A stretch of 64,000 nt of DNA from Azolla caroliniana (GCA_043228905.1 JBHGNT010000017.1:2542001-2606000), one strand, 5' to 3'. Counted from the first letter of the stretch, positions 38,558 through 55,829 are shown. Program-made: numbers and translations. The notes: generated by a model not told the origin, from the letters alone.

Positions 38558-41467
38558 TGTTGAGAATCAAGCTCAACCTAACATTGTGTGTGAACACACC
38601 CTTTGAGCATCTATGAGCACTCAAAGGTCAAGAGTCATACTACTCTCTACACATGAACTATATGTCGTAGAATCATATTCTATGACACATAACTAATGAG
38701 TTTCATATTCCCCATGGTCTCCACATTCCCCAAGAGAGTGGTTGTTGTAGTTAGTTAATGAAGAGAGAGGGTGACTATATAAAGCACCCTCCTCCTACTT
38801 CATACTAAGTCGGTTGTGACTCCTTGTAGTGCTACATTTTGTATTTGTTATTTTACTTGTCAATATACACCTTCTTTTTGAGTATTCTATTTTCCATTCT
38901 ATCTAATCTATCTTGTGTTTCTCTTCTCTCATCTTTTTCCTCTTACACATACACATAGCACACATCTCTTCTGCTTCACAAGAATCATATCCGATTCTTT
39001 ACATGGTAATAGAGCGATTTGGTAGCTCAATCTAGCCCGCTCGCCTCATTGTGACCGTGTATTGTGTTCCACATCGACATTCAAGAAGAACCGGCTCATC
39101 GCTATCGTAGTGTGACTACATAGCTCATGTTCGAAAGAGGAGGAAAAGAAGAAAGAAAACTTCATCAACATAATGAATACTCAAATAAGGAGCGCTCTCC
39201 CTAGCGAGAAGTTGGATCGAAACAACTTTGCATCTTGGGAGTACAAGATGCACCAATACCTTGTCGGCCAAGGCTATTGGAGCTACATCAAAGGAGCACA
39301 AGAAAATCGACCTGGCCCGAAAGACGCTGAATACTCAACATGGGAGCAACATGTATTGCTTGGTGACATGTGTTCACGACCACATGCTCGGCTACATTCG
39401 AGAAGCCGAGATGTCGAAGGAAGCTTGGGAGAATCTACAAAAGATTTTTGCCGCCAACACAACCACGAGAAAGCTTCGAGTTGAACAACATCCAACAAAG
39501 GGATATGTCCATCACGAGCTACACCTTGAAGATCAAGGAGCTTTGTGACTTGCTCAACTCAATAAGCGTCAACATGAAGGATGATGAGATGGTGCAAATA
39601 TGCCTTGGCGGCCATGCACCACGGTTCGGCGTGATGAGGACCGTCATACTAGCAACGGAGAATCCGCCCCACTTCTTCGATCTTCAATCCATGTTGTTGG
39701 TCGAAGAAAACCACGTTCGACAATGAGCAACGCCTCGGAAGGCCACATGCTTTACTCACACTCAGATGGAGGAAGAGGACGCGGCCGTGCAAGAAGAGGC
39801 CGATTCGCCCAAGGACAAGGCGAACGAGGTCCGACATATGAACACAACTCCCAATTTCGGCAACAAGATGGAAGCCATCAAGGAACCTTAGGAAGAAGGG
39901 GGAGCTTCCATTCCGGTCCGAGCCGACAAACCTTGATTGAATGCGGATATTGCGGCAAAGTCGGCCACCATGAAGAAGAGTGCTGAAAGAAGATGCGCGA
40001 GTCGGCTTCCACTAGTCGACAACTCACAAATTACGCCACCAACTCCGACTATGATGATTGTGGCGGAATGTTCGTGATGAGACATAGAGCAAATTCTATG
40101 TTGGCTTCTACTTCGAATAGTGCCTCCGGTTCGGAAGACATATGGTTTGTTGACTACGGTGTCGTGAACCATATGACGTCTCATCAATAATGGTTTCGAG
40201 AACTTCGAGAACCAGAACGACCCGGTTATGTCGAAACCGGAGACGACATTACTCATCCGATTCGGCACATTGGCAATGTTCCATTCGGAAAAGAAGGTAA
40301 TCAAACTTATATTAAGAATGTCTTGCATGTACCAACTATCACGAAGAATTTGGTCTCTGTAAGCCAAATTGTAGAGCAAGGAATGCAAGTTCAATTTAAC
40401 CAAGGTGGTTGCTTCATCGAAAAAGAGGGCCAACTCATCGCTCGCGGACTAAGAGAGGGCTGAATGTTCATTCTCAACTCAGACGAGGTGAAATCGGTCA
40501 TGTTCGCAAAGGGCACGAAAGCTAATACCGACATAGAGTTTTGGCACAAGCGGATTGGCCATATCAACCTCCAAAAGATCAAGGCAATGCAATTGAAAGG
40601 AGTCGTCATCGGGCTCCCGACATTCAAGGAGAAAGAGATTGAAGGCATTCCACGCACGCACAAAGCATATTGAAGTGCACTGTCACTTCATTTGAGAGCG
40701 TGTTCAGGCCGGAGATGTCGACCTTCAACACATCAACATGAATCTTCAAACGACGAACATCTTCACCAAAGCCCTAGGAGCCGAAAAGCTTCGACAATTC
40801 ATGTTAGACCTTGGATTGACGATCCCTGACTTGCCAAGCTTGAGGGGGAATACAAGCGAGAACCGGATACCGTCTGAATTGGGTACGAGCCGAAGCGGAC
40901 ACTAGAGATTGTCCGAACTAGGTACGAGCCAAGGCGGACACCGGAGATCGTCCGAACCGGATACCAACCAAAGGGGACATCAACTGAAAGGAACTGACCT
41001 AAGTTGAGCTTGAGGGGGCGTGTTGAGAATCAAGCTCAACCTAACGTTGTGTGTGAACACACCCTTTGAGCATCTATGAGCACTCAAAGGTCAAGAGACA
41101 TACTACTCTCTACGCATTAACTATATGTCATAGAATCATATTCTATGACACATAACTAATGAGTTTCATATTCCCTATGGGTCTCCACATTCCCCAAGAG
41201 AGTGGTTGTTGTAGTTAGTTAATGAAGAGAGAGGGTGACTATATAAAGGACCCTCCTCCTACTTCATACTAAGTCGGTTATGACTCCTTGTAATGCTACA
41301 TTTTGTATTTGTTATTTTACTTGTCAATATACACATTCTTCTTGAGTATTCTATTTTCCATTCTATCTAATCTATCTTGTGTTTCTCTTCTCTCATCTCT
41401 TTCCTCTCACACATACACATAATACACATCTCTTCTGCTTCACAAGAATCATATATGATTCTTTACA
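38558..41467 (+). mobile_element. Ty1/Copia LTR retrotransposon, internally deleted and non-autonomous
   Basis: LTRs 38558-39003 and 41021-41467 (TG..CA), TSD gtaac/gtaac, PBS tggtaatagagc (Met-i-like) at 39004, PPT tgagggggcg at 41011. Broken gag, knuckle CGYCGKVGHHEEEC, protease WFVDYGVVNHMT, pre-integrase WHKRIGH, then directly the RNase H end HARTKHIEVH..IFTKALG. Confidence 0.96.
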
Positions 41468-42135
41468 GTAACAAATTACCAATAGGATAAGCTAATTCAT
41501 CTTGCCCAATGTAGACCAAGAGGTCATGGCTTCAACCCCTACATTCCACAATGGCATCTACTGAATTAAGAGAGATGTATGAAGTATATGATAGAGCGGC
41601 GAGTAAAATTGGGTTTCAAACCCAAGAAATAGTGGATTGTAGAGTAACAAATTACCAATAGGATAAGCTAATTCATCTTGTCCAATGGAGACCAATAGGT
41701 CATGGGTTCAACCCCTACATTCCACAGTGGCATCTAGTGAATTAAGAGATATGTATGAAGTATATAATAGAGAGGCGAGTAAAATTAGGTTTCGAACCCA
41801 AGAAATAGTGGATTGTAGTGTAACAAATTACCAATAGGATAAGCTAATTCATCTTGCCCATTGGAGACCAAGAGGTCATGGCTTCAATCCCTACATTCCT
41901 TAGTGGCATCTAGTGAATTAAGAGATATGTATATAATAGAGAGGCGAGTAAAATTGGGTTTCGAACCCAAGACATAGTGGATTGTAGTGTAACAACTTAC
42001 AATAGGGTAAGCTAATTACGAGAGCGAGCTCAGATGGTAAGGTTTCCCAATGGAGACTTGGAGGTCATGCGTTCAACCCCTACATAGTGCTTGTAGTGTA
42101 ACAACTTACCATTAGGGTAAACTAATTACAATAAA
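41468..42135. repeat. Tandem array of the double-headed tRNA-like element (~176-bp period)
   Basis: gtaacaa.ttac recurs at 41468, 41644, 41820, 41989 and ~42098; each unit has both B-box-like motifs; the last unit is internally deleted. Confidence 0.9.
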
Positions 42136-42886
42136 AGGGAGAGAGAGTATGAGAATATTGTTCACATATGCCCCCAACTTTATCGTTTAATGCATTGCCT
42201 AGCCTAGAGGGCCTTTCCAATATGCTCTTCACAATAATTAGGATGAACATGGATTTCTATAGAACCTACCTTTATGTGGATGCACATTTACAGACTATGA
42301 TCATTAGTTCTTATGTTGATATTGGGAAATATGTACATGGATAGGTACTCATGTCATGGTGCAATGTGTGATTTTTTAATAAGGTCAATGGGTGCAAATA
42401 GCAATGATTTTATTTGTTATACAAGACTTCACCTTTTATTAGGATTTAGAGCTTAAGGTTGATATTGAATTGATGCTCAATGACATAAATTGTTCATTTC
42501 TTGATGATAATTCAAATGAATTAACATTTCAAACATATAGTCCATTTATTGAGCAAATAATCATAGGATTTTATTTTAAAACCTCCATTTGGGCAATATT
42601 AAGACTTTGACGAAGAAGTTTAACAATTCTGGACTATAATACTTTGTATTTGTGATTGCAACATGGACTTCAACTTGTCTTAAATGCAAAATTCTACATC
42701 TAGGTTATATGAGCCACGGATCAAGAATGACGCCCATATTTACCTAAGTGTATATTCCTTAGATGATTCTTGTAACCAAACAATAGATGTAGATGATGTT
42801 TAAGGGGTGGGTGAAGCAAAATCACCGAACCAGAATGAGGAAGAAAGTAGGGACGCCCGAAGAGTGCAATCGGAACAACCGCGAAT

Positions 42887-43010
42887 TGTATTATGAGACA
42901 TTGCCTGCTCGGGAGGCTGGAAATCCGGGAGACATTGTCTGCTCGGGAGGTTAAATAAAGTGTGAACTGTATTACGAGACACTGTCTACTCAGGAGGTTG
43001 GAAATCCGGC
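42887..43010. repeat. Short GC-rich repeat x3 upstream of PRP43
   Basis: gagacaYtgYctRctcRggaggYt(ggaaatccgg) at ~42895, ~42929 and ~42976. Confidence 0.75.
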
Positions 43011-43311
43011 AACTGAGTCTTTTTTGCACCACCAATCGACATGCTTTCATCGGGGTTCGGATCATCGAGTCCGAACAACAATTAACTAACAGTAGGCGCA
43101 GGTGCCATGAACCAAGAAATAGAAATGTGTAAGTTAGTGAGAAGTCTCGATGCCTAGGTAACATTAGGGGTCCAGGCTACGTTTGTAATATTGAGAAAGA
43201 AGAGGCTTATATTTGTAGAATCTCCATTCTCTGTTAAAAAATCGGAAGAGAAGACGGGGACCCAGAACAAGACCTAGTTCCTTTGCCCCCTCCCCTGCTC
43301 TGCTCTGCGCC

Positions 43312-47096
<3,785 letters not shown>

Positions 47097-49699
47097 CTTA
47101 AATGGCTGCCATATAATTGGTGCGGAGAGCGATGATATGCCATTATATTGCTTGCACTTGTAGTGCGAGTCCTGTTTTAAGGAAGTTGGACTGCAGCTAT
47201 TGTAACCATATTCAAGGGTCCAGGACAATAGGGTGGGTGTATTGTCATGCCACAAGCTAATGCGCAAACTGTGAGATCATTTAGATCTGGCGCAAGACGA
47301 AGGTCACAAGTAGGATCAATGAGGGTACATTTATGTGAAGATAAGGATTTAGTTAGAGGCGAGGAGCCCTTAGTGATTTTATAACTGGTTTTGGCTATAA
47401 ATTCACTGGTTTTGGTTAAAACATGCCACTAGACATTACATTTTATGTGATGCTATTAAGTTCTTTTCATTTAATGGATCTCTGAAAAGCTGAATTTGAG
47501 GCTTATTGATTTTATAAGTACCGTGAGCCATATTTGATCTTGTCCTTCAATTCTTCTAATCAATGGGCTACTGGTTATGGTCATATGGTACGAATTTGAT
47601 CATTGTAATTCGCAAAATTCTTGATTATTGTTAACTGGTTCTGGTGTCCCTAAGGCTTCAACTATTGAGGTTTCTTCAGCTATTTTCTTTAATTTATTGA
47701 GGTTAATGATATCCAAATACTGGATTTATAACACGTCTGATGGAAATGACATGGAAAATGGCCACCATCATATAAATTAAATTCAGAAGTCATATACCAC
47801 ATCTCACACTGATGAGACCCTATGAGGAAAAGAAAATGAATGTTGGATGAGGCTCATAAATGCAAAAAAGCCAAAACAGATTAAATAAACAAATAAAGTT
47901 CTTTGTGGCAAAGCAAATGTGATATTTTGTGAACTTTAAGAAATGATCATATTCATGCATTGTTCCTGTTCCAACAATGTTCCAGATCAAGAGAAGATGG
48001 AACTTCATGTAGGATTTCTGATACTAAGGATATGAAGGATAGATATCCATGAAGAGTTTTTCGCACTAGGGTTTTGTAATATGTTAAGGGCATGTAATAA
48101 ATGAGATGAAGCCAAGAGCTCCCTTCTATGAGATCATGTACAAGATCCTAAAAATATAATTATTTGTAGACCATGGAATGCTTTATCCTTGCAAAGGTGC
48201 ATGTCTATGTGACAGACTCATTCTTGAAAGTTATATCCATTATGATCTCCCTCTTTTTGCCTTTGGTATGGGTTAAGATTGCTCTGATAGGTTTTTGGTA
48301 CTGAAGCGAATTGATAGATTCAACAACATCTGTATGAAAAGTAAGTTGATAGTTTCAACAAGGTTGATCAAATGCAACACAACAAATCCAAGTTGTTTTC
48401 GTTTCTCACTAAACAGGGCATACTCTTTGATGAAAGCATTTAAAAGCTTTTGAGAACACATGTAGCTAAGGTTGGTGATGGATATTTAATGATAAGTTTG
48501 TGAAAATTTCAGAAGCTAATATTCATTTGTAGCATGTGGGTATAAATAAATTACCCTTTCAACACCTTTTATGCTACTCAGATAGGAAAGATAATGGAGC
48601 AATATTTTTACTATTAAGGTTGACAGTGGTATCCAGAGTAAAAAACGAGACTAGGTTTACTTTTGCTATTCCTGTAAATTGAATTGTTCAGGCTTCGACA
48701 CTGAAAAGGATGGAGGAAGCAGCCGAACTCGTTTGATTCCTACACGTGCCAGTTGAAGGTCTATGAAATTCTGTGAGCATTGCGACACAACCGTTGACAT
48801 TAAATCAAAACACTGTCATTATATACAGTGCATGACACTTATCAAGAATCATATTTACAAATATACCCAGATGTTAATGACAATAATGGTTGTACTTGGA
48901 TGGTTCCATTGTTGTTCATACTCCTGTATAGAGGACACCATACATAAGCAATATAGGACACCATACATACTGCAATACAGGACACCATACATAAGCAATT
49001 CATAAATGAAGTATACCCAGAAAATGTATAAGCAACAAGCGGAAGAAAATTTCACTCCACAAACACCCGTCCACAGATATTGCAACTTGCAAGTGTTATT
49101 TATGTTGCAATTATTACAAGCACTGGAGTTCCTAATTTGCAAGAGAATTCCAACAATGACCAAAACGAATTTAAATGGGACAAAGCATTCAATTAATTTC
49201 AACGTCTTCAAAGTTGGACAAACTTCAACTACTTTCAGTCTCACTTGGTCTTTGGGAGTTTCAATCGTCCGAATATGTAGTGAAGATTCACTATTATCCC
49301 CTTCGACGATGATTCTTTGATCTCAACATTGAAGGGGATAGAAAGTGCCAAATGAACTGCTCTATAACGTGTTAGCATGCATTAACAAATTTGAGGAAAA
49401 CCTCATCTATAACTATTATTATTTACATACAATAATGTACAGGACACCCATCTAGGTCCTATGGATAGCATTAGCAAAGAATGACAAGTTGGTCCACATT
49501 TTCTCCTCTTCAACCCAAAATAGCTTTACAATACTTTGAAGATCATATACATGAACACCATTCCCACTTATTCATGCTTATCCACACTCCATTCTTTGTA
49601 ACATCAGCTTTAAAACCACCATGTAGGAGATATTTCAATAGTAAGTGCACAGATAAAAGACACCATTTACAGAATTGAAAATTCTAAACATACCATGTC

Positions 49700-49870
49700 T
49701 ATGTAAGGATCATTTAAAAAAATATATTTCCCTACCTTGGATACATGTAAGGATCATACAACATCCACATCTATTATGCTGGATGAGACAAAATCCATAT
49801 TTACATATGTAGGATGCTACTAAATCCACATCTATATATTTAGGATGATACAACATCCACATCTACATGC
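49700..49870. repeat. Degenerate minisatellite (~30-45-bp units)
   Basis: Recurring aggat.ata...a.atccacatcta units. Confidence 0.6.
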
Positions 49871-50117
49871 GTGCTATAGCCTACAAAGTTGCAACTTCCA
49901 TACAAAGCTCAAATTGTTCTTATTGAAGAGGATGACTAAATCAAGACAATTCAAGACCAACATTTTAAATCAAAGAGGCGCTGTACACTCAGTACTGAAT
50001 TAAAGTAGCCAAATAATATCATTGATTAGGAATATCTAGAGATTACAAAATTGAGAAACAAAATCAACGAGAGAGAGAGAGGGAGAGTGAAGGGAGAAGA
50101 TTTAAGCAAAGCAGAGG

Positions 50118-50294
50118 TCACTCATCGTCTGGTTTCTTCTTGGGATCCTTGCGGTGCGATTCCTCGACCTGGCGAACCATAGAGAGGGCAGTGTGGTAGA
50201 GCTTCTGGACGTTGGGGACATCATAGTTCTGCGCCACGAAAACGCCCACCACCGTGCCCAGCGTGAATGAGAAGGCCGATCGGAAGAAGCCCAT
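50118..50294 (-). CDS. Short transmembrane mitochondrial protein 1 / DUF4535-like small protein (58 aa)
   Basis: MGFFRSAFSFTLGTVVGVFVAQNYDVPNVQKL...EESHRK has the G-x3-G-x3-AQNY-x-VP signature. GC-rich coding island; (GAA)n leader upstream. Confidence 0.88.
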   Translation of the reverse strand: MGFFRSAFSFTLGTVVGVFVAQNYDVPNVQKLYHTALSMVRQVEESHRKDPKKKPDDE

Positions 50295-51482
50295 GTAAGA
50301 ATACAAATTATATACAGTGTGCAGGGTGCGGCAGGTGGGTGGGTTTATGTTCTATAACAAGTTTAGAACAGAGTACCTTCTACTTCTGCTTCTGCGTCTT
50401 CTTCTTCTTCTTCTTCTTCTTCTTCTTCTTCTTCTCTGCTTAAGGAGACAGAGCAGAGCAGAATCTCCGTGTACATACATACATATGTATACACATTCAT
50501 TGTTATATACATACATAGCAAAAGAAACTCTTATTAGTGTACTTTTGTGTTGTATCTAGTTCCGTGGTGCCCAAGGGACAAAAGAAAAACTTTGATGAAT
50601 GGGCCACATATTGCCTGGTCCACCCCAAGGGAATGGTTTCGCGTCTATCTGTGTCCTCTCTCGATGATATATGGTTCCGCGTCTACTTCCTCTCGATGGT
50701 AGTGATGAGACAACATTAGAAGAAAGGGCGAATGAATGGACACGAAGTGAATGTTCATGCACAAAGAGTTGTAGCTCTGCTAATCAAGTCACATGTTCTG
50801 ATCCCTATATTTTGAGGTGCCACCTAGTAAACTAATACTAATTTATTACCAAGTGAAGGTTAGATGGTATACTTTGAACCCCCCTTGGATGTGTAGGTTA
50901 GTGAAAACTTCACTTACTACCAAGGTATTGCCTTCATATAAGAAGGTGTTTGCACTCTATTCTTTGGCATCGAATCATCGACATCATTGGTGTCCTCTCA
51001 ATTCCCTCATTTGTATCCAACTCGTTGCCGTTTGTGGCCTTGCTCGTACACATGTGATAAATGCTTATATATATAAGTATTTTATCATGTAGAAAGCTAA
51101 ATAGGAAGGATTGGAAATTTGAGAATTGTGACGAAAAGATGTGTATTACTTTTACTGTGTGAAGACCAACATGGTCATTGCACAACTGAGACTATGATCA
51201 TGCACTCCTAACATGTTTCTTTCAAGGGAAGAACTATCATATTGCTCAAGTTGAAATGCAGGGGTTTGAAGATGAACGATTGGTTGAGCTCTATCTCTCT
51301 TCCTTCATATTCTTCTCTATTGAGTATATCAAGTAGTTGCGATTGAATGATTACTTGAATGGTCGGATCACATTTATTCATATAGTCATTGATGAACATA
51401 GACATGATCTACAAAATACGCTCCTCATGTTATGTGTGCTTAATGTAGGTGAGGGTACATGTCATTAATATTGATAAAACAT

Positions 51483-52706
51483 CTGTGAAGGGTATATTCA
51501 TTAACGTTAGAAAAAGACTAATATGATCTAATAGAAGGAATGATAGGTTCATGCATTATTGTTATCTTGGCAACCAATGGATTGAGAGTCTTTTAAAACA
51601 AAGCACATCTATTCAACGACCTTGGGAAGATATATAAATATGAGGATTAGCCACCCTCATGCAACACATTATACTATTGGTGCATGGTAGACTTTCTTCA
51701 CGACGATCGTGTTACTTCTTCCAAGGTAATAATCATTCTAATATCTGTTGGTATATGGGATTTTAGTGACCTAGGTTGGTTATTTCTTGATCATAGCTAG
51801 GGGTTGGTCATGAGTATCAGGTTCCTGTATCCAATCTATTTACCTTTTTTTACTTCAATTTGGTCTATTGTTTAGTATGAGGTTTTCATTAGGGAGTTGT
51901 AACTATATTAATGCCTAGTTGAATGACAACGTAGGAAGTGTTGCTTGGGCTTTAGTAAATTTGGTCCATTGCCAACATCATGGAACTGGAAAAAGTTTTG
52001 GGCTTGTGTACGCCTAACTTGTGTGCTTCATAGGATCACCTAAGAGTTATAATAGATCTTTTACTCTCCTCTCTTAAACCATTCATAATGTCTAAGAACC
52101 CAACCACATGTGAATATTTTGCTCTTATTAGGTTTTCCTACCTTGCACTCTATGTTCCGAGCTTGTTGGGTAGTCTATGATCAAGCATATTCTTGACTTT
52201 GTATATGCCTATCTAGTCTTTGCATGGCTAGTACCTACCTGTATGCGCCAACCACATGTTTCTAGTAGCCTGATACGATAGTGTTAAGAGTCTATTACTA
52301 ATCAATAGACCAAACTAAAGTAAAAGAAGGAAAATAGAATGGATAGAAGAACCCGTTCCACCCAACCACCCCCGAGCTATGATCTAGACATAGCCAACCT
52401 ACCACTGACGTCCCATACCACCGAATATTAGGATGACTAATACCTTGGAAGAGATAAACACGATCGTCGAGACGAAAGCCTAGCCCGCACCACCGGTGTC
52501 TAAGACAACAACCTTCCGACATAATGTGATTATGAGGGTAGCCAAGCCTCATATTTATACCTTTTCCTAGGCCCCTTGAATAGATGTGCCTTTCTAAAAG
52601 GCTCTCCATTCAGTGGTTGTCCAAATCATGATAGTGCATGCACTTATCATTCCTTCTATCCAATCATTAGTCCCCTTTTTAACATTAGTGAACATACCCT
52701 TCACTA
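51483..52706. repeat. Long diverged inverted repeat (~400-bp arms, ~430-bp spacer)
   Basis: 51483-51870 (gtgaagggtatattca..atagaaggaatgata..gatcatagct..tttggtctattg) is the reverse complement of 52301-52706. Confidence 0.8.
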
Positions 52707-52869
52707 ATGTAAATATTGGTGACCTACCCTAACCAACGTTATGTGTACATAACAGATAGGATGTTCAAGATTTTATCCCCCAATTGTCTAGGTAAGAACA
52801 TTTTTTGGCTTTTCTTTATTTCATTACATGCACTAAGTGAAATAGTGTCACCTCACACTTCCACTCTAT

Positions 52870-53850
52870 AAAACAACACTTGGACCACCATATCAATCGT
52901 CACATCCCATCATTGAGGATCACTTTGGTTGCATTGATTCTCGAGCATTTAGTAATAATTCCAATCCGCTTGAAGTCTAGACTCATAGCATACGTTCCAT
53001 ATGTTTGTTGAGGGGACATTAAAACCAAAATCTTTGAAGCTTTGCACCACTTGGATTGGTTCTCCCTTAGATGTAAAAGTGGGGCAGTGTCTTGGTTGTA
53101 TTGCCATCATTTTTGTTTTCTCCACGTTAATAGTTACCCCAATGATTTGAGAGAATATGTCCAATACATCAAGTGTTGCATATCATCAGCCTTATATGAG
53201 AATAAACAACATCAACAACATATAGGAATATAAAAATAAGCTCATCCATGAGTTTTGGGTCATCTAATCCTTCTTCTTTTGCAACCTTGTTTACTGTTTG
53301 CTTAAGTTCATCGATGCATGGACCAAAAAGTATGGGAGAGTGGGCACCCTTTCTTGATCCCCATATTGCTAAAAAGGTGCTTTGAAAAACCATTATCCAT
53401 TTATAACTAGCACCAAACTTGCTCATACAATCATGTTACAACTGCTTTATACTCTAAATTATGACATTTGGATCTCTATAATTCTTTCCAAAGCTCATTC
53501 TTGGTACAATGTCAAAGGCTTTCTTGAAGTCCAGAAGACAACAATATAGCCCCAATATAGCATATTTCCTTGAAGTCGACATTCTTCCAAGATAACTATT
53601 AGTGTAACCAAATGATCGATTGTTGAATGTTTGGGTCTAAAGTGTGTTTGACCACATGCTCATTTGTGATGATGTTCAGCCCATTAGCTAATCTTTTGTT
53701 CCAAGATAGTGCTATATAACTTGGCCATGATTAAGCTAACCATGATTTGTTCCAAGATAGTGCTATATAACTCGACCATAATTAAGCTAACCATGATTTG
53801 TTCCAAGATAGTGCTATATAACTCGATCATAATTAAGCTAACCATGAAAG
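52870..53850 (-). mobile_element. Degenerate non-LTR retrotransposon RT fragment containing a 51-bp x3 tandem repeat
   Basis: CLLDFKKAFDIVPR-like, PILFGPCIDEL, FLYVVDVV (YADD relic), INVEKTKMM; repeat units at 53698, 53749 and 53800. Confidence 0.8.
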
Positions 53851-53888
53851 TAATAGGGACAAGGTGGTGTATTATTTCCTATTTTATT

Positions 53889-53924
<36 letters not shown>

Positions 53925-54716
53925 TTAAAGTGTGTTTAGTGTTATGAGCTTTTAAGCCAAATAGTAATCATTCGCTCTATTGTATGTGTTGAGATAACTT
54001 AATGGTGGAGGTATGATTGATGCATTATTATGTGTATGTGTCTTAATATATTTAACACTTAAACATCTAATATGGTTTAGTTAACTTCTCATTAACATTG
54101 CCTTGGTAGAGATAGGTAAGAGTTCACAAAGTTAGGGTTTACAAGTTTAGTGGCTCAAGAGTTATTGACAATCACTCTCACCCGGTTCAATTCCCTTAGG
54201 TTATACTATGGTATGAACCCCCTCAGCCAATGATTTTGACAAGAGGATAAAAACTCTCGCAGAACATATAGGCACAACCTTAACATGAGACACCTTTAGG
54301 TGACAAGTCTATTTTGGCACTGTTTGTGGGGTTCATGCCAAACCTTATTACTTGTGTTGCACCAATCTTGCCTTTCATTGTTCTAGAAGGAATCTCACGT
54401 GCATTACATGGGTCTCAACATATGTCCCTCTAGTAAGGGTATTGATATAACATGAAAGTGACCCCACACATTGGATGATCATCAAATTAAGGTTCAAGTA
54501 TTTGTTGAATATGGGATTAGCTACAACCCATTACCAATCACAAACGAGAACGACAGAAACTAAAATAACAGAAAAATGATGCACTGCCACAAAGACACAG
54601 ATATTAACATGGAAAACCCATAGAATTATACAATCTTTTTGAAGACAACAATGAACTCTTCTTGGACTCAAACAATGTGTGGGAATCTAAAGGACTTGCT
54701 TACTGTGGTATTAGAG

Positions 54717-55050
54717 ATATGTGGAACATGGATTTAGTGAGACAACGCTCTCCCTCTTTGTGCAAATGCAAAGACTTGTGTCACACTTGTTTGCTGCTTG
54801 AAAGCATGTGGTAGCATTACAACTACATTAGCAAGCAATGAAATTCACAAGGATATTGTACAAAAAGTTGTTGAAATATTTATTTCATTGGCAATACATT
54901 AGTAGATATGTATGTGAAATGTGGGTCACTTGCCGAGGCACAGGTAGTATTTCACAGGCTTTTAGTCTAGGAACAAGTCTCTTGGAATGCATGATTGCAA
55001 AATATGCTGAGAATGGGAAATTTGAGGAAATGCTCAATCAATTTCATCAA
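54717..55050 (+). pseudogene. PLS-class pentatricopeptide repeat gene remnant
   Basis: YVEHGFSE, TLVCCLKACGSI, FIGNTLVDMYVKCGSLAEAQVVF, stop, SWNA then frameshift to MIAKYAENG. Confidence 0.85.
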
Positions 55051-55171
55051 ACGAAGGATCCATGGCTAGCCATTGTCTTACACAAGATGGGCTTGGGAAG
55101 GATAGTCACTTCCTTTCCATCTATTTTGTATTTTGTCGTTGATATGCCTTTTTAAAACTAATGGAAGGATA

Positions 55172-55322
55172 TGTTGTTTAGAAAAAAAAAAACCATAGAG
55201 GGAAAAACCACGGGAGTCCACAGACTCCAAACCAGATCACTATGGTAGGAGGAAATACACAAATAAGAATCCCAAATCAACGACCTTGAGTTCTTCTTCA
55301 TTTGATAGATGGCTGTGAAGGA

Positions 55323-55355
<33 letters not shown>

Positions 55356-55629
55356 GTTACAGAGGCAACTACACACTATAAATTTTCACAACAATGATAA
55401 TCATCCCTAACTACTTGCCCTAAATATAGTTATACTCATATTCATATATGACTATTTACAAATATAGCCTCAAGTTATCGATTGATTATCGGCCTTGATC
55501 GAGTTTCGCAATTAGTTGATTTTCGGCCTTGCCCGAGTTTACCATTGATTGATTCGACCTTTAGTCGATCGGCTTCGCATCCAATACAACTAGTTCTCCA
55601 TCCCACTCGGAGGGACTAGATTCTCAACA
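55172..55629 (-). mobile_element. Probable solo LTR
   Basis: Bounded by tgttg...caaca; reverse strand starts tgttgagaatctag like the Copia LTR; internal short tandem repeats and a CT tract; no clean TSD. Confidence 0.5.
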
Positions 55630-55829
55630 ATATTGAACATTGCATTCTTAATTTTTTGGGAACCAATCTTTATGCAAAATGATTGTGACAATGGCTCATT
55701 AATTGACTAAGGTCATTGTTTCTTTATCATTGATTTCATATGCGAGACAACGAAGTTGGCTTTCTTCAAGTCTTACATGTCATGTTATTTATAGGATGGT
55801 GGGTCATTAGCAAATATATTCAATTGGTT

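Noticed and set aside
41468-42135. CRISPR-like array
   Set aside because: Whole units are homologous, with no unique spacers and no cas genes; eukaryotic context.
49295-49340. Short stem-loop tatccccttc..gaaggggata
   Set aside because: Only about 11 bp; expected by chance and no other support.
54100-54205. Another tRNA-derived SINE head (ggttcaattccc)
   Set aside because: B box only, with no convincing A box, tail or second copy in the window.
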